From contig NZ_JBDGQQ010000055.1 of assembly GCF_042218895.1 (NCBI RefSeq), positions 2,738-66,737 of the forward strand: a stretch of 64,000 nucleotides of DNA, written 5' to 3'. The notes beneath the pieces were generated by a model that was not told the DNA's origin, did no database searches, and saw only the letters and a list, made by a program, of their open reading frames with translations. Within the stretch, counting starts at the first letter, position 1; every line of letters begins with the position of its first letter. Source of the DNA: Salinibacter sp. (GTDB taxonomy: Bacteria; Bacteroidota; Rhodothermia; Rhodothermales; Salinibacteraceae). The position numbers were made by a program, and so were the translations under genes. This document shows, piece after piece, positions 1 to 9,761 of this stretch.

Positions 1-316
1 TACGCCCCGAGTTGCATCGAATAGGGACATATCAGCGGGCGTAGCACAGAGCTGGTTGAAGATCTCGCGAGAGCGTTAATCTCAGAAAGAGTCTGGAGGC
101 TACCCGGAGTTGTCCGTGCTACTGAAGACTCCGTTATACAGAATCCGAGTGACAATATCGGGACAGAAGTCTGAAAAATGATCCCTGCTAAGGAAAAAGA
201 CAGGATCGCCAAGCTAGAGCGCCGGGGCTCGACCAGAAGGCAGTCGAGATCGTGCGGGGGACCACACAGGACCGCTCTTCCGATCGGCACGGCGACTGAG
301 ACCCAACGGCTCGACC

Positions 317-658
317 TCACTCTTGACCAAATCCCTTCCTGATCTCGTCGAAGGTTTTCTCGATGATCCGCTCGTCAACGCCGTTGTAGATTGCGCTCAT
401 GAGCTGGATGGTGCTCTGGGCCGCTCCCTCGAACACGAACCTCGGCGCGGCGAATTCGCACCGCACGAAATTGGGGGGAACGCCGCCCTTGTAAATCAGC
501 GTGCAGGTGTCGAAGGTGCAGTTCTCGAAGTGCTTTTCGTCGATTACCAATCGCTCACCGGAGAAGCGCTGGGCCCGCACCTCTTCACGCTCAGAGCTAC
601 CATTTTCCTCCACTGTGCCGTTCTCCCCAGAGTTATCTTGGCCGTCCACGTCAGTCAT
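317..658 (-). CDS. Small hypothetical protein
   Basis: 113-aa ORF with an acidic N-tail and a compact globular-looking core (HFENCTFDTCTLIYKGG...FVRCEF...FEGAA); follows the GH97 gene on the same strand. Confidence 0.65.
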   Translation of the reverse strand: MTDVDGQDNSGENGTVEENGSSEREEVRAQRFSGERLVIDEKHFENCTFDTCTLIYKGGVPPNFVRCEFAAPRFVFEGAAQSTIQLMSAIYNGVDERIIEKTFDEIRKGFGQE

Positions 659-865
659 GGCGGGGGCATTTGGCGAGAAAGATCAAACGCAATTCCTCTA
701 CGGATTCGCCTAGACCATCGTTTTCACCGTCTGGGACCTGCTCCGGCCGCCACACTTACCACCGCCGCTTTTCGCGGTGTCCTCTCCGGACATCCGGCAC
801 ACGCGGTGACTGCGAGGGGAGTCCAGCGGGTCAGGGTGCTGGTTTGTCCGAGAGAAGAGGGACGG

Positions 866-890
866 CAAAAGCGGGAAGGGGCCCTCCCGA
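866..890 (-). terminator. Possible intrinsic terminator after the GH97 gene
   Basis: Minus strand reads CGGGAGGGCCCCTTCCCG followed by CTTTTG, about 80 nt past the stop; imperfect stem, short U-tract. Confidence 0.35.
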
Positions 891-967
891 CGCGAAGACA
901 GAAGTCGGCAGAGAGGACGACGTGTGCACTCGGGATGCAGTGGCGAACCCACGCTACGAACCACGCA

Positions 968-3097
968 CTACTCGAGTGCCTCGTACTGGTTCCGCTCGGC
1001 TCCCGTCGAGGGCTCAAGGATCACCGCCTGCCCCCCACTGCGCGCCAGATCCGCCGCAATCGTGTCGCTCGCCGTCACGAGGCCGCGGCGGATGCGGTAG
1101 GCGTGGGGATTGTCCTCATAGTCGGACTTCGGCGTATCCTCGAAGACGTGCGCAACGTAGGTCTGGCCTGAATCGAGGAAACCAAGAGGCACCGTTAGGG
1201 TGCGGGCCTCCGTGTTCGTCGTCGTGCCCACGAACCACGTCGCGCCCCCGTTCTTCCGGCGGGCAGTGGTGATGTACTCGCCGATGCGGGCCTGCAGCAC
1301 ACGGCTCTCCGACCAGTCGGCGGGCACCCGCTCGATGAACTCCACCGCGTCGTGGCCCTTATAGTGTTCGACGAGGTCGGCGGCCATCTGGACCGGGCTG
1401 TAGAGCACGACCATGTTGGCCAGTTGCTTCGACAGCGTGGTGCGCACCCGATGGTCCGGCATAATTTCCTCCGGCGTCAGGTTGAAGATGCCGGGTGTGT
1501 AGTCGAGTGGTCCGGCCAGCATCCGCGTGAACGGAAGGGTGACGGTGTGCGCGGGCGGGTTCCCGGAGCTCCAGGCGTTGTATTCCATGCCACGGACGCC
1601 CTCCCGCGTCATCATGTTGGGCCAGGTACGACGGATTCCCGTCGGCTTGATCGGCTCGTGAACATTGAGCATGATCTCGTGCTCGGCGGCCTTCTTTACG
1701 ACCCGACGGTAGTGGTTCACCATCTGCTGGCCGTGGTGGTGAATGCCCTTTGGGCGGATGGGGCCGGCATAGCCGGTCTTGATGGCCGGCACGCCGACCG
1801 AGTCGTACAGCGCAAGGGCCTCATCTAGCTGGCGCTCGTAGGCCGGCACGTCGCCGCCGGTCTCGTGGTGTCCGATGAGCACCACGCCCTTCTTCTTGCC
1901 GTACTCCGTGACCTCTTGAAGGTCGAAGTCGGGGTACGACTCGGTGAAGTCGAACTTATCCCCGTCGAGCCAGCTCTCCCAGCCGAGGTTCCATCCTTCG
2001 ACGAGCACCCCGTCGATGTCGTGCTCGGCGGCAAAGTCCATGTAGCGCTTCGTCCGCTCGGTCGTGGCCCCGTGGACGCCGCTCTGCCCCCATGAGTACT
2101 TGCCAATATGCATGCCCCACCAGATGCCGATGTACGTCATGGGCTCGACCCACGAGGGGTTCTCAATTTTCGAGGGCTCGTTCAGATTTTGTAGGAGGTG
2201 CGACTCAATGAGTCTTCCCGGCCGGTCCGCAATCTGAATCACGCGCCAGGGCGTGCGGTGCGGCACGCTCGCCTTCACCTTCACCCCGTCGGGCCAGGGG
2301 ACGAGGTTGGCGTGCAGGGTGGTGGGCGTGTCCGCATCGGCCTGCAGGGTCATGCCCGCGTAGTCGGTAAGGGCGGCCTCGTGGAGGGCGAGGTAGCGGT
2401 CCTCGCCCGGGCTGCGCAGCGTGAGCGGCGTGTTGACGGCACCGGGGCGGGCACTTTTCGAGCTTTCCTCGGGGCCGTCCTCGAGGAACGAGTTATGACT
2501 GATTTCGGCCGCGCTATCGCGGATCGCGCTCAGCGGCGTCTCGCGGTAGATCCACTCGTAGTTGTCGTAGTCGTCCGGAATCCACCACGCGGTGTGGTCC
2601 GCCGTGAGGCGGAAGTGCGTCTCTTCCGACGTGATGCGGAGTGAGTCGAGATTCGGCTGCTCCGGCCAGCGGTACCGAAAGGCCACCCCGTCGTCGTAGG
2701 CCCGCAGGACGAGGTCGAGCCGGCGCTCGGGCATCTCCGCTTCCTGGAGCCGAACCGTCCGCTCGACGAAGTGGTTGCGCACCGTGTCCTGCGTGCCCCA
2801 CACGGGCGTCCACGTGGTGTTGACGGTGCGGCGGCTCGTCCCGACGACGTCGAAGCCATCGCGGAGGGGCGGAGCGTTTTGGAGCTCGAAGCCGAGGGGA
2901 GAGGGGGCCACGAGGGTGTCGCCGTCGGCCACGACGGTGTAGTGGGGTTGGCCGTCGATCAGTTCGACACTGATGGCGATGGTGCCGTCGGGGGACGTGG
3001 CCGTCATCGAGTCGTCGGTGGGCGCGGACGGAGTCACAGGAGCAGGGAGTAGGGGAATGAAAGCTAGAACGAAAAGTAGGAAGAGGCGGTGCTGCAT
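968..3097 (-). CDS. Glycoside hydrolase family 97, SusB-like inverting alpha-glucosidase, secreted
   Basis: Signal peptide; GH97 motifs YIGIWWGMH, LVEGWNLGWE, GHHET, IKTGY (Gly rather than the Asp nucleophile of retaining members), NVHEP, TREGVRGMEY, PFTRMLAGPLDYTPG. Confidence 0.93.
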   Translation of the reverse strand: MQHRLFLLFVLAFIPLLPAPVTPSAPTDDSMTATSPDGTIAISVELIDGQPHYTVVADGDTLVAPSPLGFELQNAPPLRDGFDVVGTSRRTVNTTWTPVWGTQDTVRNHFVERTVRLQEAEMPERRLDLVLRAYDDGVAFRYRWPEQPNLDSLRITSEETHFRLTADHTAWWIPDDYDNYEWIYRETPLSAIRDSAAEISHNSFLEDGPEESSKSARPGAVNTPLTLRSPGEDRYLALHEAALTDYAGMTLQADADTPTTLHANLVPWPDGVKVKASVPHRTPWRVIQIADRPGRLIESHLLQNLNEPSKIENPSWVEPMTYIGIWWGMHIGKYSWGQSGVHGATTERTKRYMDFAAEHDIDGVLVEGWNLGWESWLDGDKFDFTESYPDFDLQEVTEYGKKKGVVLIGHHETGGDVPAYERQLDEALALYDSVGVPAIKTGYAGPIRPKGIHHHGQQMVNHYRRVVKKAAEHEIMLNVHEPIKPTGIRRTWPNMMTREGVRGMEYNAWSSGNPPAHTVTLPFTRMLAGPLDYTPGIFNLTPEEIMPDHRVRTTLSKQLANMVVLYSPVQMAADLVEHYKGHDAVEFIERVPADWSESRVLQARIGEYITTARRKNGGATWFVGTTTNTEARTLTVPLGFLDSGQTYVAHVFEDTPKSDYEDNPHAYRIRRGLVTASDTIAADLARSGGQAVILEPSTGAERNQYEALE

Positions 3098-3397
3098 GAC
3101 AATATCGATGGTGAGTCAGGAACGTGAGCGGGCCTGGAGCCGGACGATGCCTCTGGATTGCGTGCTCGTCGAACCGACCTTGCGTTTCTGCGCCCCCTCG
3201 GGGACCAGGATACGATTTGCGCCGAGAAATTCCCAGCGCTCCCTCCCTCGTCCTCCCTGGTGCAACCACCTTCCCGCTCTTCCCGTCTGCAACGTAGCCT
3301 CCCCTCCTCGTTGACGTCCGTCGTAACAGGGACGTCCCCCGAGAGACGTACGCCCCTTCTGGCTCGACTTTCCATTCCCAATCCCTTTCGCTCACCC

Positions 3398-4555
3398 ATG
3401 TACGAATGCTGTCCCGTTCACGTCACCGAGATTGAGTCCGCCGAGGCCCTCCATCGGTACATCGAGGGGGGACACTCCCTGCAGAACGTCGTCGTGCAGG
3501 GGGCCGACCTGACCGATCCGGACGTTGAGGCTGCCGTCACCTCGGTGCCGGCCGAGGACGCCTGCTTTCTCGGCTGTCAGTTGTCGGAAGCCGCGGAACA
3601 GCACGTGCACGACACTGGAGGAACGGTCTTCCCGGCCTTCGTGGGACTTCCTTTCCGCCCGTACCGGGCCTCTCTCTACACCCCCGCCGAGCTCATGGAG
3701 GGGTACGAGCGGGGCCACCCGGACACGCGAAACGAGACAGCGGATGCCCGCATCTACGAGTACTTTCGGGAGCGAAAGCGCGACGGGCGCGATGCCCCCA
3801 TCATGGACGCCCTGGCCTTTCGCGTCCACGACCATGCGATCGACAACGCCCTGCGGGATCTTCTCTCCCCTGACGACGGCCCCGACCGGCGGGTCGTCGG
3901 CATCATGGGCGGCCATCAGCTGGCGCGCGACACGGACCTGTACCGTCGGATTGCTCGGTTGGCCTGGCGGCTGGCCCGTGCGGATTTTTTCGTTGCCACC
4001 GGGGGTGGCCCTGGGGCGATGGAGGCGTCCAACCTCGGGGCTGCACTGGCCCAGTATCCACCCGGTACCGTCGACGATGCCGTCGACACCCTCGCCGCCG
4101 CGCCCCGCTACGAGGACGCGACCTACGTAGACCGGGCACTCGACGTCCGCGAGCGCTACCTCGACCGCACGGAGAGTCTCGCCGTCCCGACCTGGTTCTA
4201 CGGCCACGAGCCGTCAAACCTGTTCGCCACGCACGTGGCCAAGTACTTTGCCAACAGCATCCGGGAGGATGGGCTTCTCGCCATCGCCGCATATGGGGTC
4301 GTCTACGCGCCGGGGAGCGCGGGCACGATCCAGGAGATATTTATGGACACCGCCCAGAATCATTACGAGACATTCGGCCCGGCCAGTCCCATGGTGTTCT
4401 TCGACCAGGACTACTGGACCGAGACGAAGCCCGTGTACCCCCTCATGGAGACGCTGGCGGAGGACACAAACTACGAGGATCTCCTCGTAGCCACCGATGA
4501 GGTCGAAACCGCCGTGTCCATCATCGAGGAGCACGCGACTGCGCGGGCAGCCTGA
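3398..4555 (+). CDS. LOG-family (Rossmann-fold nucleotide-binding) protein
   Basis: GIMGGH, TGGGPGAMEASN, PTWFYGHEP, KYFANSIREDGLL and PGSAGTIQE (LOG PGGxGTxxE-like). Start reassigned to ATG 3398. Confidence 0.82.
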   Translation: MYECCPVHVTEIESAEALHRYIEGGHSLQNVVVQGADLTDPDVEAAVTSVPAEDACFLGCQLSEAAEQHVHDTGGTVFPAFVGLPFRPYRASLYTPAELMEGYERGHPDTRNETADARIYEYFRERKRDGRDAPIMDALAFRVHDHAIDNALRDLLSPDDGPDRRVVGIMGGHQLARDTDLYRRIARLAWRLARADFFVATGGGPGAMEASNLGAALAQYPPGTVDDAVDTLAAAPRYEDATYVDRALDVRERYLDRTESLAVPTWFYGHEPSNLFATHVAKYFANSIREDGLLAIAAYGVVYAPGSAGTIQEIFMDTAQNHYETFGPASPMVFFDQDYWTETKPVYPLMETLAEDTNYEDLLVATDEVETAVSIIEEHATARAA

Positions 4556-4613
4556 GGAGGACTGCCGTCCCCTGATCGGCACGGCTGCTCCGCGAGCTCG
4601 ACGCCGAACCGGC

Positions 4614-5117
4614 TTACTGCTCGCTAGATCCAGCCGTTTCCGGCCGTGCGGAGGTCGTGTCCCCCCGCAGCTCAGCCCGTACCTTCTTCGCATCCACTCG
4701 CTTCCAGACCTCACGCAGCTTGTAGCTGCCGATGTCCCCAATGTGGTACCACGTGTCCCCCTCCACGCGCGCCTTGAAGCGGAGCGTCACCCCGTCTAGC
4801 CCCGTATCTGAGTGGTACTGGATGTGCTCGATGTACACGTTCCGCTCGGGGTAGTACTCGTAGCGCCCACCGCCAGCGAGGACCGTCTCTCCATTTTTTG
4901 TCTCCCGTCCCCACGCAAAGTGCGTCGAATTTAGAATCTTGTAGCTCGGTCCCCAGTCGTCACTCTGATCGACGACCGAATCCGGGTAGACAAGCTCTTG
5001 CGACACCATTTTCCACGTTCCTTCCAACTCGTTGGATGGAAGCTGCCCCCAAACATTGATGGAACCGGTGAGAAGCAGTGCAACCGCGAGCCCAAAGAGA
5101 CACCGAACCGTACGCAT
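4614..5117 (-). CDS. Secreted hypothetical protein, lipocalin-like beta-barrel (DUF4488-like)
   Basis: Signal peptide; LEGTWKMVS, AGGGRYEY, YIEHIQY and EVWKRV motifs. Confidence 0.7.
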   Translation of the reverse strand: MRTVRCLFGLAVALLLTGSINVWGQLPSNELEGTWKMVSQELVYPDSVVDQSDDWGPSYKILNSTHFAWGRETKNGETVLAGGGRYEYYPERNVYIEHIQYHSDTGLDGVTLRFKARVEGDTWYHIGDIGSYKLREVWKRVDAKKVRAELRGDTTSARPETAGSSEQ

Positions 5118-5417
5118 GGCGACGGACCTCCTTTCGCTTGTGCGAAGCCAGGGCGAAGAAATGGTAACTTGAATGTAAAAAGATCGCGGATATCTGTCAA
5201 CCGGGTGATTCCGCGTGTACGGCGGTCGCGTGGGCGGATTCTGCCTGGAGCGAGGGGGCTCCGTTCCTGGTGCCCGAAGCCACTTTTAGTGCCCGAAGCC
5301 GGACGTGGGGCACTGGGGACGAACGCGACCGGGCACCCTCGGGGGGCGGACGTTTCGGGCAGGGTTCGATGCGGATGTCGGGCCTGTTTCGGAATTCCTC
5401 ACCGCGCATGCGAGGAG

Positions 5418-6872
5418 CTACGGGAAAATGCCCATCTGCTCGTAGGAGCCGGCAATCTTATCGATGGCACTGATGAAGGCGGCGGTCCGCATGTCTACAT
5501 TCTTCTCCTCTCGAATCTCCCGGATCTCGCCGTAGGCATGTGTCATCGTGTCCTCCAGCCCGGCACGTACGAGGTCTCGCTCCCCAGCCCCAAAGCTAAC
5601 CTGCTCGACGAGCCTTCCCATGAGCTCCTCGTTGAAGTCCTCCGCAGTGAGCTCGTCGACGGCGCGGAGAATGCGCTCGGCGTTTCGCTCCTCGAAGCGG
5701 CGACTCATGCGGCCGTGTCGCACGTGGGAAAGATTGCGCAGCCACTCGAAATACGACACCGTGACGCCCCCAGCGTTGAGGTAGACGTCCGGAATGATCA
5801 TCATCGTCTTCTCCTTCAGAATCTCGTCGGCCTGGGTCGTGATGGGCCCGTTAGCCGCCTCGGCGACGATGGTGGCCTGGATGCTCGGGGCGTTCTCGGT
5901 GGTGATTACCCCCTCGAGGGCCGCCGGGACCAGAATGTCGCACGGCAGTTCGAGGGCCTTCGCCGACGTGTCGATGTTCCTAACCCCCGGGAAGCCGTGG
6001 ATGGAGCCGTTCTCTTCCCGGTAGGCAACGACATCGTCCACGGAGAGTCCACTCGGGTCGTAGATGGCACCCTCAATCTCGGCGATCCCGATGATGTTGG
6101 CATTGCCCTGTTCCAGGATCCGGGCCGCGTGGTACCCGACATTGCCCAGTCCCTGGATGACGACATCCTTCCCTTCCAGGCCTGGCTCAAGACCGAGGCG
6201 CCTCATGTCTTCCTCGTAGCTGCAAGCCTCCCGGATGCCGTAGTACACCCCCTGGCCGGTCGCTTCGGTTCGACCACGCACGCCGCCCTGCCCGACCGGC
6301 TTGCCGGTCACGCACGCCAGCGCATTGAGGTCCTCGTCGCCAATCTGGTTGAAGGTGTCCATGATCCACGCCATCTCGCGCTCCCCAGTGCCGTAGTCGG
6401 GAGCAGGGACGTCCGTTCCGGGGCCGATGTAATCCTTGCGGGCCAGTTCGAAGGTGTACCGGCGGGTGATGCGCTCGAGCTCGGCCTGCGAGTAGTTGCG
6501 TGCATCGATGCACACCCCGCCTTTTGCGCCCCCAAAGGGGACATCCACAATCGCGCACTTGTAGCTCATCAGCGCCGAGAGGGCCATGACCTCATCGACA
6601 TTGACGCTGGGGGCGTAGCGGATGCCCCCCTTCGTGGGCTGCATGTGGTGACTGTGCTCGCCCCGGTAGCCCCGAACCACCTGAATGGTTCCGTCGTCCC
6701 GCTTGATCGGGAACTCCATCCGGACAATGTTGTCGCAGGCACGGATTTGGTGGAGCACGCCTCGCGCGTGATCCGTGTGGGCCGCAGCCTCGTCGAACAT
6801 GCGGTTGACCTGGCCAAAAAAGCCGAGCGAGGACTCAGCCTGTGCGTTTGCGGGGGCCGTCGTGGCTTCCAT
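5418..6872 (-). CDS. gdhA: Glu/Leu/Phe/Val dehydrogenase, most likely glutamate dehydrogenase
   Basis: PTKGGIRY, MSYKCA, PFGGAKGG, DVPAPD, VTGKP, GRTEATG, IQGLGNVG, AEAANGP, NAGGVTVSYFEW. Start reassigned to ATG 6872. Confidence 0.93.
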   Translation of the reverse strand: MEATTAPANAQAESSLGFFGQVNRMFDEAAAHTDHARGVLHQIRACDNIVRMEFPIKRDDGTIQVVRGYRGEHSHHMQPTKGGIRYAPSVNVDEVMALSALMSYKCAIVDVPFGGAKGGVCIDARNYSQAELERITRRYTFELARKDYIGPGTDVPAPDYGTGEREMAWIMDTFNQIGDEDLNALACVTGKPVGQGGVRGRTEATGQGVYYGIREACSYEEDMRRLGLEPGLEGKDVVIQGLGNVGYHAARILEQGNANIIGIAEIEGAIYDPSGLSVDDVVAYREENGSIHGFPGVRNIDTSAKALELPCDILVPAALEGVITTENAPSIQATIVAEAANGPITTQADEILKEKTMMIIPDVYLNAGGVTVSYFEWLRNLSHVRHGRMSRRFEERNAERILRAVDELTAEDFNEELMGRLVEQVSFGAGERDLVRAGLEDTMTHAYGEIREIREEKNVDMRTAAFISAIDKIAGSYEQMGIFP

Positions 6873-6937
6873 GGGAAGACTATTTTGGGACGTGAAAAGA
6901 GAGGGGCATCCACATAAAAAAGAGTATTTTTCCGAAC

Positions 6938-6951
6938 TGCAAGCGCTTCCA
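6938..6951. promoter_or_regulatory. Candidate LacI/CcpA-type operator TGCAAGCGCTTCCA
   Basis: Matches TGNAAGCGCTTNCA; lies in the divergent gdh/antiporter intergenic region, 66 bp upstream of gdh. Confidence 0.5.
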
Positions 6952-7180
6952 CGTGCCTCCATCCCGGATTCGCCTCTAAGCCGTAGAATTTCTCGAAGGC
7001 TCTCTTCTTCGTTCCTGAGGAGACGAGCACGGCCCAGAACCGTCGAGGCGCAGTCGAAATGAGACTGATTTTCCCGGTTCTCCCCGTCATAGGGTTGCTA
7101 CTATCCGCAGGAGTTTCTTAGACTCCTACCGGTGGCATCCCGTCACGTCGGCGTTTTTGCGGATCGATCGGCTCGAAGCC

Positions 7181-9124
7181 GTGCCCGAGTCCGTCTTGCT
7201 CGCCATCACCATCGTTATTCTTTTGGGCGTAGGGGCCCAATGGATGGCGTGGCGACTCCGAGTGCCCTCTATTCTCCTTCTGCTCCTGGTCGGGTTTCTC
7301 GCCGGTCCTGTGCTCGGCCTCCTCGAGCCGCAGTCCCTGCAGGGGGGCTGGCTGCTTGCGTTTGTGTCCCTCTCTATCGGGATCATTCTGTTTGAAGGAG
7401 GCCTGAGCCTCCGTCTTTCCGATCTGCGAGAAGTAGGGCCTCCTGTGCTCAGTCTCACCACGATCGGGGTTCTCATCACTGGGACCCTGAGCGCTGCGGC
7501 GGCCCACTACCTTCTCGGTTTTCCCGTGAGCCTGGCAGTCCTTATCGGGGCCATCCTGACTGTGACGGGCCCGACGGTCGTAATCCCGCTCCTGCGTCAC
7601 GTTCGGCCGAAGGGACGAGTCGGCACAATTGCCAGGTGGGAGGGCATCGCCGTTGACCCCGTGGGCGCCATTCTGGCCGTGCTGGTGCTCGAGACGTTGC
7701 TCCTGCTCAATGATCCGTCCAACACCGAGGCCGGCGCGGAGGCCGCAGTTGAGCACGTGGCTACAGGACTGGGGCTCGAAATCTTCGTCGCGCTCGGCGT
7801 GAGCGTAACAGGGACGATCCTGCTCGTTCTGATTCTGCGGCGGCGCCTCGTGCCCGACTTCCTTCGGAATTCGGTCACGCTCATGATCGTCGTCACGGCC
7901 TTCGTGGTCGCAAACACCCTGCAACCGGAATCGGGCTTGCTCGCGACCACACTGATGGGGGTTGCCCTGGCCAATCAGCCATACGCCTCCGTCCACCGCA
8001 TCGTGGAGTTTAAGGAGAACTTGCAGGTGCTGCTCATCGGGTCGCTCTTCGTGCTCCTGAGCGCACGGCTGGAGCTGAGCGCCCTGGAGCACCTCGACCA
8101 GCGCGTGCTCGTCTTCCTTGCGGTTCTGGTGGTTCTGGTCCGGCCCCTCGCCGTGTTTGTCTCCACGCTCGGGACAAAGCTGAGCTGGGAAGAAAAAGCG
8201 TTCTTGTCGTGGATGGCGCCCCGGGGGGTGGTGGCGGCGGCAGTGGCGTCGCTGTTCGCCTTTCAGTTGCGACGGGTGTATCCGGGAGCGGTGGACGGCA
8301 TGGTGCCCATTGTCTTTGCGGTCATCGTGGGCACGGTGGCCATCTACGGCCTAACGGCGGCCCCACTGGCACAGTGGCTTGGGCTGGCCGAGCCGGACCC
8401 GAACGGGGTCTTGTTCGTGGGGGCTGCGGCGTGGGTGCGCACCGTCGCGCGTTGCGTCCAGGACCTCGGTTACCGCGTCGAACTCCTCGACAGCAATCCC
8501 GAGCATGTGCGGCATGCGCGGGAGGAAGGCCTCTCCGCCCACCGGGCCGACGTGCTGTCCCAGACGACTATCGACGAGGTGGACCTCAGCGGCATCGGTC
8601 ACCTTCTCTTTGTCATCCCGAACGACGAGGTTGCCTCGCTCGGGGCGCTGCACTTCTCCGACGTCTTCGACTCGACAAACATCTACCAGCTCGCTGCCCG
8701 CCCCGAGAGCCGGCATGGGAGTGAGGAGATGCTGCCGCAGCATCTCCGCGGGCGCCCGCTGTTCGGGAAGGCGACGAGCTACCAGCTCCTCGATGAGCAC
8801 GTTGCGGGAGGAGGCGAGGTGAAGGTGCTGGAGCCGACTTCTGTCCCCTCGGACGAACACCCGGACTACTATACGTACGAGGAGCTATCATCTCGGCACA
8901 ACGACCGTGGCCTCATTCCGCTCTTTCTCCTTCGAGGGGGAGAGACCCTCGAGGTGGTTTCCGAGATGGAGCAGTTCCGTATGCGTCCAGACGACCAGCT
9001 GGTCGCCGTTCTGGGCTCTTCCCTGAATCGAGGGGACGAGGACGGTCAGGACGGCATCACGGCCGACACGTCGGAGGAGGAAACCGTCGAGCTTGTAGAC
9101 GTGGAGGCGCCCCCTGAAGATTGA
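7181..9124 (+). CDS. CPA1 (NhaP-type) cation:proton antiporter with C-terminal TrkA_N/RCK-like domain
   Basis: About 12 TM segments; ILFEGGL, VTGPTVV, WEGIAVDP, WMAPRGVVAAAVAS; Rossmann-like tail (LFVGA...LLDSNPEHV). GTG start at 7181 chosen. Confidence 0.9.
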   Translation: MPESVLLAITIVILLGVGAQWMAWRLRVPSILLLLLVGFLAGPVLGLLEPQSLQGGWLLAFVSLSIGIILFEGGLSLRLSDLREVGPPVLSLTTIGVLITGTLSAAAAHYLLGFPVSLAVLIGAILTVTGPTVVIPLLRHVRPKGRVGTIARWEGIAVDPVGAILAVLVLETLLLLNDPSNTEAGAEAAVEHVATGLGLEIFVALGVSVTGTILLVLILRRRLVPDFLRNSVTLMIVVTAFVVANTLQPESGLLATTLMGVALANQPYASVHRIVEFKENLQVLLIGSLFVLLSARLELSALEHLDQRVLVFLAVLVVLVRPLAVFVSTLGTKLSWEEKAFLSWMAPRGVVAAAVASLFAFQLRRVYPGAVDGMVPIVFAVIVGTVAIYGLTAAPLAQWLGLAEPDPNGVLFVGAAAWVRTVARCVQDLGYRVELLDSNPEHVRHAREEGLSAHRADVLSQTTIDEVDLSGIGHLLFVIPNDEVASLGALHFSDVFDSTNIYQLAARPESRHGSEEMLPQHLRGRPLFGKATSYQLLDEHVAGGGEVKVLEPTSVPSDEHPDYYTYEELSSRHNDRGLIPLFLLRGGETLEVVSEMEQFRMRPDDQLVAVLGSSLNRGDEDGQDGITADTSEEETVELVDVEAPPED

Positions 9125-9761
9125 CCGGACCAGCGATAACGCACGAACAGGCCGGAGCGCCTGCCCGGAACGAACCTGCTGCCCCCCACATCTGTCTCTC
9201 GTCCACCTGGTACATACCCAAAGACCCATCCAGGGCCTCTCGGAGGGCGAGACAAGCGCTCTTCTCGTCGTCGACGAGGGGAATTGGGAAAATGGGCCCG
9301 GAGTCCGTCTTGTCAGGCGCAAGATTGTGGGCAGCGAACGGGAATGCTGTGCTGAGGCGCTATTCGAGCCGATAATCGGATGGATTGCCGGACGAGGGGG
9401 AGCAGGCGAGATTGTCCTAGCTGTTAGACGGCCGGCCTGCTCTTCGAGTCCCGATTTTGGCATGTCGGAGGTGACCGACACGGGGCCGGTCCTCGTCCGC
9501 GTCTCTGAGAGTCGGGCGGCTGAATGGGGGGAGGACTGCAGGGGGATCCCGGTGCGGTTCTCCCACGCGGCGGCCGACGCGTTCATGGGGGTCCCGCGAG
9601 GCACAGACTGCCTTTCCCATAGGATCCTGCGGGACCGTGGGGACGCCCGGTCCGGGGCTCCTTCGTCCGAAACGGACGAAACTGATGCAGGGATGAGTCG
9701 GTCTTCGTCATTCGGGCCGCAGTCAAATCGTTGACCGTGCATAAACCAGCGTGCCCCCTTT

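Noticed and set aside
1-316. Lower-GC left edge, possible gene end or mobile remnant
   Set aside because: No long ORF, terminal repeat or recognisable motif; too little context.
4998-6917. 639-aa + strand ORF
   Set aside because: Antisense shadow of gdh, common in high-GC DNA; no family motifs.
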